Part shown: positions 42,001-54,000 of the stretch, in pieces | Numbering within the stretch: position 1 is the stretch's first letter | How the letters are laid out: each line of letters opens with the position of its first letter | Translations under genes and position numbers: made by a program | Assembly: GCA_031423615.1 (NCBI GenBank) | Contig: JANPFV010000055.1 | Location: forward strand, 474-64,473 | DNA from: Candidatus Omnitrophota bacterium | GTDB lineage: Bacteria > Omnitrophota > Gorgyraeia > Zapsychrales > JANLHA01 | Length of the DNA: 64,000 bases | Reading direction: 5' to 3' | Notes under the pieces: generated by a model | Told to the model about the DNA's origin: nothing | Databases searched by the model: none | What the model saw: the letters and a program-made list of their open reading frames with translations, nothing else

Positions 42001-45000
42001 TCAGTCGGGAGATGATCACCTGGTATTAAAGAGAGAATTTGATGAAATTATTCAACAAAGTCCTTTGCCAGAGGAGTTCAAGTCAGATCTGACAAGAGAA
42101 CTGCTTAAGGGACTGCAAGGGCAATCCGCTAGGGACTTGCTGGACTTGCGTGACGTTGCGCAGCAGATGGGAATTAGAAATGAGGATAATGCATTTTACG
42201 TATTGCTTGATCGATTAAACGGCGCTGTATTTTTAAGGACAGGTTCGGAATTAGTCAATCAGGGTTTATATGTTTCCTTGCTAGCTAATGAAAGTCATGT
42301 ATTTATGATTGAGCAGGTAAGGGGCGACAATAAACAGATCCGTAAAATTCTTAGAAAAGCGAAGGGGAAAGAATTATCAATTGCAAATATTTATCGTTTG
42401 GTTAACGACTTTGGCGTAAATGTATCATTTGTACCTACGGGCTTGCTTGCGAAAGCAGAAATTATCAGATTGCTTATTCAGCAAGGGGGAAATGTACAGG
42501 CTGTCTTGGCAATAATGGGAAACAATGAATCCGAAATCGATGTTGACGAAAGCCGTTCCTCATCCTCGATAGAAAGTAGGGACAGACCCTACTTTTCTAT
42601 TGGCAATGTCAGAATAAATATCCGAGGTCCCTATTTATCACCAGAGATCACGTCTCGTGTTACTTCCAGCGGTGACTATTCCTCTTCGGCAGTCCAAGCG
42701 ACAATTGTTGCTTTTATCTGGACTGTCCTCGTCTATGGTTTTACCAACTGGCTTTACCGACTGGCAAAGGCTCGCTTGCAAGAGGCTAGAGATATCCTTT
42801 ATGGTTTAAATGGGAAATACATGTTAAATGAACTTGAGAAACGAGGACTTTTAAACGAATTCAACGAATCATGGTTGAGCTATCAAGCATCAGAACTTCT
42901 CTTAGCAGACATTGTTTATGAGGAAACACATTTATATGATGGCTATTTGTTCATGTCAAAACAAATCGCTTTTTATTTTGTAGGATTCTTTGCGTTTTTA
43001 GCATTTCTCACCGCATTGAATAATCCAACGGGCTTGGCGTATTTTATAGCTGTCCCCAGCTGGTTTATTTCTCTTATGGCTTTGATCCATATTCCTCGTC
43101 ATGCTTATGAAAAAGGAGTGCGGTCACTGCAGAGAATTGCTGAATACAACGCCCGTCGGACCGTTTGGAATGATGAAAATACAATTGATGCAGTAAGCAA
43201 TCCTGATCAATCAGCCTCCTCGTCGCTGTATCTGATAGAAGATTCGTATTCCAAAATTATTCCAACATCTCAAAGGAATCTTAGAAATGCTGGTCATAAG
43301 ACAGCGTATTTTCTGACGCGTTTTTCTACCGTCGATAAAAGCCAGCAATGGGGTTCAGGTTCCGCTTCCAGCGCGGTGCATGAGAATTACACTGCTCTGC
43401 AAATTGAAAAAAGAAGGATTGATTGGGCTATTGCTGTGGCAGAGGCAAAAATAGCCCTTGCTCAACAGAAATTTGTGGAAGTGGATGAAAGTTTTCCGGA
43501 AGGAGAATTTCAAACATTGCGATACCATGCTTTTAAACTGAGCCTTTTGCTTGAGCACTTTAACAGGAGGATCCGCAAAAATCAAATGGGAGGGGCATTA
43601 ATGTGGGCTGGTCTTATTGCAGCCATATTTAATAGGAGAAATCCCAGTGCTCGACTTGACGCCGTGATTGTGGGGTTGATAGGGATGGCGTTAGAGGCTT
43701 TGGATTGGTTTGGGCAATGGTTGGAAGAATCCGTTCTTAAAATGGTACAACCCCAGCGGGAACTTGGTTGGGGGTACCGTCAACTTTATGCTTTGGAAAA
43801 AATGCGATTAGATGCGGTCGGCGATTTGGGTGAGTTACGCTCGGAAGCCGAAACCATTGAGAATAGAATTTTAAAGTATAAGAACAAACTCATAAATTGG
43901 CTGACCGCTCAAAATGAAATCAGTGAGATAAAGGTTTACCTTGCGTCATTTGTGGCTACTGGGGCGATATATTATCGAACACAACAGAATCAAAAAATTA
44001 TTATTGGACTGTACTTACGAGCGAGCATGGCCGCATTAAACAGTATTATTACAATGCAACGCAGTGGTGAAAATAATAATGAATTTGTTCAAACCGTTGA
44101 CACGTTCCTTAAACGGTCAATGGCGGGAATCATTGATCAGGATGACCAAATCGATGGTTTACAATTGATTTTAGTGGTTAATGAGGTCTACACTGAATTG
44201 CTCACACCTTTATCGCAATTACAGGTTCTTGCCCAAGCTGGACAGATTTCTGAGTTTGTTGTCAATGACCACGGCATCGATCTTTTTGCAACTTTGGCTC
44301 GTCATGGAATCACAACCAACGACATGACTTCTGACCGATCGTCCTCGTCTTTAGACGAAATAGTGACAGGCACTAATTTTTCTGGTTTTTCTTCGTCTAA
44401 ATCTCCCGCGGCCTCGTTGTCGGTTAAAAAATCTGTGCGATGGAACAAGGTTGTCAAAAGTAGGGACAGACCCTACTTTTCTGACAAACAAGATTCGCCA
44501 GAGGATGGAGAAAAAACGGTTTTGAATCCGGTCCGTTCTTCTTCGTCGATTGAACAAGGGAAAAAGCGTTCGGTCATTATCCCCACCTTTGTAAGTTCTT
44601 ACAAGCGGGTTTGGCGTTTATTAACATCCATCGGTGTTCCGGATTCTATACGGCCGAAAATAATTTTGATTCCCTTGGCTTTTGTTGCCTTGGTTTTCTT
44701 TGCGGTCGTAGGATTGTTCGGCAAGATTACAGATTTATGTTTTATCAAACAATTTTCAGGTGGGATAACGGATGAACAGCATCAAGGGAATACGGAAAGA
44801 AAATTTGCTCAGTCTATTTTGGCGTTTTGGCAATTTCTTACTCAACCGCTCACCGGAATCATGAAACAGGAATTAAATCTGCGCCTGCTTCCCGTCGTCG
44901 CCGCGTTATTCTTGGTCTCCGGCGGGTATTCTTTTCTCCCGATCTTTTTATTTTTGGCGGCGGGGCTTCTTTTGATAGGCTTTAGCAGAATTAAAATGGA

Positions 45001-48000
45001 TACAGCACGGGAGCTAACTACGCTCTTGCCGGTTATTATCGCGGTCAATAATTTGGCTGGATTGGTTCTTTTTGCCGTCCTGTCATTATTTTTGACCCAC
45101 CCTATCATTTTATCTGTGGGTCTAGGTGTGGCTTGGGTAGGTCTTACGGGATTGCATATTTTTATTTTAGTAAACCGGCAGAAATTCCTCGATACGTTAA
45201 AAAAGTTTGACCGTCAGTATGCCAATAGTAATTTACAACATCTCAGTACCGTTAAAATTGTCGAAGGTCAGGGCCCGGTCATTATTGCGGTGCATGGGAT
45301 TGGCCATAATGCAGTTATCGACTGGATGGTTTTGCGGCTTTTATTTCCCGGGCGGCCGATAGTCGTTCCTGTCAACTGGCGTTCCGATAATACGATGAAA
45401 GAATTTTTGAGCATGAATTTAGAAGAACAAGAGCGAAATCTTTTGATAAAACTAATCGGTGAAAAAGATAAAGCGATGCGCGCTTTGCTCTTTTTGGCTT
45501 GGATGATTGGTTACTTTGAGAGAAAAAGCGGCCAACCCGTTATGATGCTGACCTATTCTCTTGGCGGACGCAGGCTCTTGTCGCTTTTTAGTGACAAGGA
45601 TTTTGCTAGAACCGTGAAGGAAAAGAGTTATCCACAAAAATGGCTTAGGCTGGCGGAAAGTATCAAACGAGAAGTCATCACCGCAATTCCCGTCGGAAGA
45701 GTAGGATCATCACGATTGCTTCATTCTGTCCAGCTTATGGGCATGGTCATTGTAGCAAATTTGTTGGAAGCCACTTTAATCATTATTCGTATGCTCATTA
45801 TGGCCAATTGGATGATTAGGATTTTTGAAGCCGGCCGTCTTCGTCATGAGACCTACGATAGCATTGTGAAATATTCAACCAAGCAGAGTTTGCGGGTCCA
45901 GACGTTATGGTTGTTAAGGAAAATAAGTTTGAGCCCGCGAAGAATTAAAAAACTTAAACAAATGATGAATGGGATAGCGCTTCATATTGTCGTTGGAGAA
46001 ACCGATCACGTCACGCCCCTGGACACGAATCGTGTTTTTGCTGAAAGAATCGGTGCTACTTTCTCGGTCATTCCTCACGCGCATCATAAGGGTGTGATTT
46101 ATTCGGTCCAGTATTTAAAAGTTATTAGACAGCTGCTCAGTGATGAGGAGCAAGGCCCGGTTGATATTGCAGAATTGCTGAAAGGTTTGGTTATAGAAAA
46201 TGTGACCTTTGCCCAACAAGGTCAACAGTACAACACGGAATCCTCAATGTCGGATGCCATGGCTGGCGTCGTAACCACGCTTAATGAGTTTGCCGGTTCT
46301 TATGTCGAAGCCCTTTGGCCAAAGAGTTTGACGCTGAAAGTTACCGAATCTTCTTTTTTAACTCATGACCAATTCGTTTATTTGGAAAACAGCCAGACCG
46401 CGATTATTCATGCTGATTTCTTTAAACTGGCGCCTAAAATGCGAAAGGGTATTTTGTACGGTGTGTTCGTCGGACAAATCGCTCGGCAAGTCGAGAATGA
46501 TTTTCAAATGAGAGTAGCTACCGACCGGTTATATGACGCCATTGATGAGCAGGAAAACGGAAAATCAAATTGGGATTCTCACTCGGCCTTTTTCGCTTTG
46601 AAAAGCGAGTTGAAAGAATTAAAAGACCGCATATGGACAAGGGTCCACCCGGTTCTTTTGCCGCCGGTGGTAAAAGTGCAGCGGGAATATGATATGGATC
46701 AATATATCCGCCATCACCCGCCTTCTCGTCTTTCCAAAAATCATAACACCGACGTCTCTTCCTCGGCCCTAGAAAGTAGGGACAGACCCTACTTTTTGCA
46801 GAAAGTAGTGGCAGGCACTAATTTTTTTAGCTCTTCTTCTTCGATTTATTCTTGCGCTTCTTCATCGGTGGAAGAACCTATGCAGTGGAATAATTTTGTG
46901 GGTAAAGAAGCCATTTCCCACGCATTAAGCGAAGTGACCCAGCCGTTAAGTCTGGAGGACCATTTATTGAAAACCGTACCGCAAGATTATCAGCGAAGCC
47001 GACAGAGATATGCCAGGAGTCATCAGAATTCTGATCAAGGATATAATAGTGCGCTAATTAAGGAGTTTTTGGATCTTTATGAAATCATGATAGGACATCC
47101 AGGGGGATGGACGATAGAGCAGTTATGGAATTTGTTTTCCCATATTCAAAAAGCCCACCCGCGTTATATAAATTCTAGAGAATTCCTGGTTGAGATGTTT
47201 GTATTTTTTCAGAAACAAAAATATCCTTTTGAAAGACAAGGTCCCTTGTGGTCATTGACCGGGCCCGTGCAGTTACAGCTCAATATTATATTACCTCCTC
47301 GGATCGTGAATGGCGCAGGCTTGCGCAAATTTCGTCTGGACGTCAAATTAGGAATAGAGGATGCGGCAAAACGTTTAGGTACTTCCGTAGTTAGTTTGAA
47401 AAAGGCCGAGAACCAAAAAGGGCCGGTGCGATTTAATGATCTTTCAATGTGGCCGCGAATAGTTGAGCAGTATGGGTACGACAAGATGGCGGTGTGGTTA
47501 TTAATCGCTCAGTTGCCCTACGAAATTGCTATAAGACGCAGTACGCTGGGGCAAAGATTTGCGTTGGTGGGATTGGCAAACGGAAAAACGATGGAGCAAT
47601 ATGCAGAAATACTGGGTATCCATAGAACCGAGTTACATTTAATCATTGCCGGTAAGAAATTCCCTCCTCCGGAGGTTTTAGACCGCATGAACTCCTATTT
47701 TGGTATCTCTGATCAAGATCTTTTAGCCCCAACGGAAGGAATCGTTGTTGAGGGATGGCCTTTGAACAAAGCGCTTTTGGAGATGGGAAGCAAGATTAAG
47801 ATTTTCTTATACCCCAGTCTTTATCAAAGGATAGCGACCGCCCGATCCAAAGATATTTGGGTGATGTTGACAGGGCATAAAAAGGATGAGGCTTTGGCAA
47901 TGACCTTACCGCACCGACGACTAGAGCTTTGGCGTCTTGTTGTGGGTCTTACTGTCCTAGAATTGGCTGCTCAGATGCAAATAAATAACGATACATATTA

Positions 48001-51000
48001 TTCCCATATTAGTGGTGAGATAAATATTCCAGAAATACAAAAGATAAAATATGAAGAAATTTTTGCTCCCGCGACAAGAGCAGAACTCTTTGGTAACGAA
48101 AGTCCAACCGTAAAAAGTAGGGACAGACCCTACTTTTCTAATAATTCTGAAGTTTCTTCTTCGACGATTAGTTCCGCATTATTTATAATAAACCAGATTA
48201 GGGCGTTGATCCTTATCAAAGCAATAAGAGCTGTTTTCGCTTCTCCGCTTCTTTATGCAATTTCCCTTCTGTGGCCAATGTTACCCTTCTGGTATTTACT
48301 TGCGGGAGTGTTCCTGTTGTTAATGATTCATGGGTTTTACCGAAAGCACACCACACATTTTTTCCGTATCAGAGAATTCTTCGTCGAAGTGTTGATTGGG
48401 CGTTTGATAAGGAGCATAAAGGAAAGCCGTCAACAGAGAATTATAATTCATTCCGCCGGGGCCGCTGATTTTAAAGAAGCGGTTTCTATCGCAATCGCTA
48501 TTTTAGAGGATTATAAAAACCATCCGGGAACATGGAACGGCGTTGATCCGCAGAACAGTGTCGTGATTTATGCAACAGAAGGTAGTGAAAGATTATTTGC
48601 GAAAGGTTCGACTCTTGTATACAGCATTGATGAAGTTTGGTACAACGGGCTTACCGGTGTCGAGCGGTACGATTATTTTGATCGGCTTGAGCGGGATGGG
48701 AAAGAATATTATATTGCCAAGCCTGTTATTCAAGAGATGATTCGCCCTATCAGGGCAGATTTAGAAAATGTTTCCCTTCTTGAATCTGTCGATATCGTCT
48801 TGTTGCTTCATGCAATGCATTTGAATACACCGGCCAAGATAAAAAAAATCGTCGGCAATCTAAAAAGCTCATTGAATGATCAGGGTGTTTTTATTGTGCG
48901 GCATGGTCATTGGGGCATTCCTTATAGAAATATCTTAAAAGAAATCTTTCACGACGTTAAGGCCAAAACTTTATTCCACCCACGCGTGCATTATGAAAAT
49001 TCCCCCTATGACAGCGTAAATTTATTTGGTTGGGAAGGTATTTGGCTAATCCCGCTAATTCTGATATTAAAATTAGTTTTGAAAGAGGCCTCTTATCAAA
49101 AGTTAGTTGATCTGAGCCCGAAGGGCATTGAACCGTTTGAAATCTATTCTTACCGCGAAACGGATACGGAAAGGAAAAGTAGGGACAGACCCTACTTATC
49201 TAAGAATTCTGAAGTTTCTTCTTCGACGATTAATGACGGGGCAAAGGAAAAAGTAGGGTCTGTCCCTACTTATTTGGCGGTATTTTCAAATGAAAGTGAG
49301 GGAAATAGCTTTGGCGATTTAGGCGTCGTCGTTGTTCGTTCCTCCGAGCTTGTTGCTGATAGAGCGGGTAATACTTCAAGCTGGTATTATTCGCAGGTCA
49401 TTCAACATTTCATTGCGAGCGAGACGGGAGTATCACTGCCATCTCCTGTTATTAGATATAATCCAATTGAAAAATTATTGGGGTATTTAGATGAAAATGC
49501 CGCAGGTCGCAATCGTAAAGGCAACGCTGACGGTGTCATTTCAACAGAAGTTATTTTTTATAAGTGTGAGAATCAGCGTGGCGAAGCCACGTATTCATTA
49601 AAAGCAACGATTCGCCAAGAGGGACTGAAATCGCCAGATAGAAATTGGGAGATGATAAAAGCAAATGAGGTAGGATTCAATCAGCTTGGTGCACTATTTC
49701 TTATTAGAATATTGGGTCAAATGCGATTTCAAGAAACTCATTATTTAGGAGAAGGTCAGGGTTTACAGTCGTTGGGTTTTCTTATGAAAGAAACAACCGT
49801 TCGGTTAGAGTATGAACGAATGCGAAATGGCATATTTGAAACGAGAGTGTTCATCGACCTTGATCCTCTATTAGCAAAATATGCTAATAATAGAATTTCT
49901 TCCTCCGCCTCAATAACTACCCGACATCCCGATTTATCTGCCTCGTCGGCGATTTCATTGCTCCATTTTGCTGCTACGGATTCGCATCCTTTATTCGGCA
50001 TTTGGGCGAAAGGGTTAAGCGCCCGCGATGAACTGATCTTCGCGGCCCGTCAATCAGGGTTTTTAGGACACTATATTCAAGACCGCCTCGAGCATTCTTT
50101 CAGGGGCCACATCGGAAATATTTATCAGCCGCCGCAAGCTGACTATCTTGTGATGTTGAATCTTTATTGGGAAGGCGTTCGAGCGAATGTGACGCAGCAT
50201 ACCTATGGTGACGCAGTGTATCTCTGGCGTGAATCCGCAGCGGGATATGAGTTTTTGATGTTGGATTACGGGACGGGCGTTATTAATCGCGATGGCAAGC
50301 CGGTTGAGGATATCAGTCAAATTTTCAATTTAAAGTCATACCGCCAGGGCGGGTATGCCCCGGACGGTGTTGAGCGTGGCGGCGGCCAGGGTCTGGGGAC
50401 TAAACATGTCTCTGATTATACATATTTGACACGATTAATTTCAGTCAATGCCGGACGAGTCAGGATCGTTGAGAAAGCTGTACCGGGTTCTACGCTATTC
50501 TCACGGATCGCAACGAAAACGATCCAGACAAACTTTGACTTGACCGAGCTGGGGATTGACCGTAAGAAAGTGGCTGGCGTTATCGTCCAGGGATTTGTTC
50601 CTATTGAAGAAAAATTTTATAGTGGGAGATTCTCCCCGGTTACAAAAGACAGCATTTTGGCGGCCGTTCATACAGAGAGCGCCCTGCCGCGAATAAGGGG
50701 TTCCTGGCAAATTCCTTGGGCATCAGGTTTAGACCGGTTGAAAGCTGGTGATGCCATCACGATTATTTATTATCACCCAGCTGAGAAACAGCAAGTCGTG
50801 GAGATGAATGTTACATTGAAGTCATTGCCGTTTTGGGAGGGCGGCCCGATGTTCTCTATCGAAGGCGGACGCATTTTGCACGATAGTAAGCTCACGTATG
50901 TAAGAGCGCCCAAAGGCGAAAGAGAATTAAAGGGCGGCTTCGATTTTCTTAACGCCATCGCTGCTTTAGATATTAAAAGAGGGGATCAGGTCATTATTCG

Positions 51001-54000
51001 GTACAATGATACTATTATGATCGACGAAAAAGTGGAATTAACCGGTACTATCCGTGCGGTTCCGGCGCCGGAGAACCAGGGCGTTTTTGAAATTGAACAC
51101 CATGGCGGCGTATTGGACATCGGGCCAACTCATATTAAAGAATTTGTTAATGTCGGGAAGACACCGACAGGCATTCATTTATCCGCCGGTTCTTCTTTAA
51201 TCACCCCAAAGAAAGTAGGGACTGTCCCTACTTACTACAGGGCTAGTTCCGGACTAACAAAAGCGCAGAGGGAGCGGATTGAAGTTAATTATCAAATTAC
51301 TTTACGGAGAATTCCGATATTTGGTATCGAGTGGGCGGGGGATTTTAAGCGTGATTTTGCTGGTGAGGATCCGGAAATCACCATAGCTATTTTAAGGAGA
51401 TTGATCGCTCTGGGCGATCCAGCGATTAATAAAGGTGTCGCGTGGATCCTGCAAGATCCATACTATTTTGGACATAATGTTTTAGCGACGATTGATGAAA
51501 AGTACGAGGCGGGAGGGGACATCAACCGGTGGCTCGGCGAAAGACACAATATAGGTATTAATGCTGCAGTTCTTGATTTGGTGCGATATGTATTCTTGAC
51601 GGAAACTCCCGGTGCAGCCAAACACGCCCGCGCCAAGTTTATTTTGGAGGCCCAATATGGTTTTAATAAAATTGCGGGGATAGGCGGCCTGCCCGCATTA
51701 CTAAGAAATCCGCGCAAACTTTACGGCGATGTGTCCGATATCACCGCTATTATGCCAAAAGCCCGCCGAGTCTTGGACGAAGACCTAGGTCTTAATTCGA
51801 CGCAGATTGTTTCACTTCCGACCCAATATGGTTTTGAAATCTATGTCGTTTATCTTGGCGCACAACCCACGGGCAGTTTCAAAGTTTGGATTGCTTACGG
51901 GATTATTAAAGCGCTCCGGGACAACCCGAATATTGATACGATCATCCTCGCTACGACGGGAAATCAAGGTATTGCCAATTCCTATATCGGCCAGATATTA
52001 AGTCAAAAGCTTGGGCGCCCAATCAAGGTCATCATTTATACCCCCTACGACACACCGTCGGTCAAGATTGACGCCATGGAATCTTATGATGCAGATGTTC
52101 GCAGGGATCCTGACGTTAAAAATTATGACCAGTCGGTCACCGTTGCGAAAAGAGCATATGAAGAAATAAAAGACCATGCTTATTTTGTCGATCATGCGGG
52201 GGCGGAGGCGCTGATCTCCTATGCCGCTCTCGGGGACACGATCCTTGATACCTTTGAATCAATGACCGGCAATTTGCAGGATACCGCGATAATCGGTCAA
52301 ATAGGCGCGGGAGGGCTTTTAAGCGGGGCTGCGGCGGCAGCGAAGTTCCGTAGTCTCACGACACTCGTCTTCGGCACACAAAGCCTTTTGACCCGTCACG
52401 CTTATGAATCGTTTGTGTGGGGAGAGATCAGAAAATATGTTTATGATAATCAAGCCCTGATTCGCTCAACCGGCATTGACACCAAAGAATTAGAAAAGCT
52501 CGCTTTTGAAGTTTTACGGAAAACATTAGACGGCATGTTCCTCGTTGATGAGAACAACATCGATGCGGCGATCAGGCTGTACCATCGCAGCGGAATCATC
52601 GCCGAACCTGCCGCCGTCCTCCCGTATTTGGCATTTGTAGTATCCCGTCGAATTTTGCAGAGACTCGGTGTTAAGAAAGTGCTTTTGTTGTCGAGCGGGA
52701 GCAATATTTCACCCGCAGATCATGCGCGTGTCATTGCTTCTGAAATAAATAAAATAAATAGGGACGGCGCCTATTTATCCCATGTATCCGCGGCTGTTTC
52801 CTCCTCATCGGCGGTTGAACGCAATGACGTTCTGACGAAGTTGACGGCGCGAGCAGTGGAGGTTGCCAGACAATCTACGGTTTCCAGGTTATCAGGACTG
52901 CCAAAAGTCGGGGCATTGGTTGTTGATTGTGATGGGAATATCGTCGGCGAAGGGTATAACAAAGAGTTTGGCGGCGATTTGCATGCAGAGCATGCGGCGA
53001 TACTCAGCGTTGTTCACAATTATTTACGAACACGACATGATGATTCAGACAGAAAAATGGTGTCCATATTAGCGATTTCAATTGTGATCTGGCCATACTT
53101 AAATCGGCGCGAACGTGGATATGAAAGAAACTTTGAAGATTTAACGCGTCGTTTCCTCCAGTTAGCAGATCAGACGGAGTTGAGTTTTAATGATCTCTCC
53201 TTAATCGTTACAATGGCTCCTTGTACTCGATGCTCGGCTCTGATCGGTAAACTTGGGTTCAGGTCAGTCTTCTATCCGGAGAATTCTTATCCTTCGCAAC
53301 GGGGTCTTAGTATTCTTGAAAAAAGTGGTGTAACCACTTTTGGTCTTCCTGTTGAAATTGATCAGGATCTTCAGGGTTGGGCGTTTAGATTATTTAATCG
53401 CTTTCCGTGGATATACAAAACGAGCCATAAGTTACTTCGTCAGTTGCGGGGTAATAAAGAAGGAAATGAAGATCGTAGGAAAAGTAGGGACAGACCCTAC
53501 TTTCCTGACAATCCCGATGTTTCGTCGTCGGCCCTTGTTCTTCCTGCAACCTTCCTAGCAGAAGGGTTAAAAGTAGGGTCTGTCCCTACTTTTTCGTTTG
53601 TGGCGGAAGTGATCGGTTCTTTGGGAGCTATCCCGCCAGGGGCAACAGTTCAATATAATGGAATGAATAATAGCGGAAATCAGTTTGGATTATTGCCGAT
53701 AAAACTTAGTGCGCAAGGACAGGCGTTCTTGGGGACTTTTGCGAAGAATTCCGGGATCCCCGAACAGGCTAAACTTTTAATTTTTAAAGCGGGAGACGAT
53801 AATTATAATGGGCGCTTTAAAGACATGGGGCCATTAGCTGTTGGATTGATCTTTGATGTTGCGGCACAAAGTCAAAAAGGTTATTTTGACTTTTCATTCT
53901 TATGGCAGATATCAGGAACACATCCAGAATTTTATTTTAAAAACGCCAAAGAAACTTTAAAGAGCAATAGACTTGATAATTGGATTGCATTTCAAATTGA

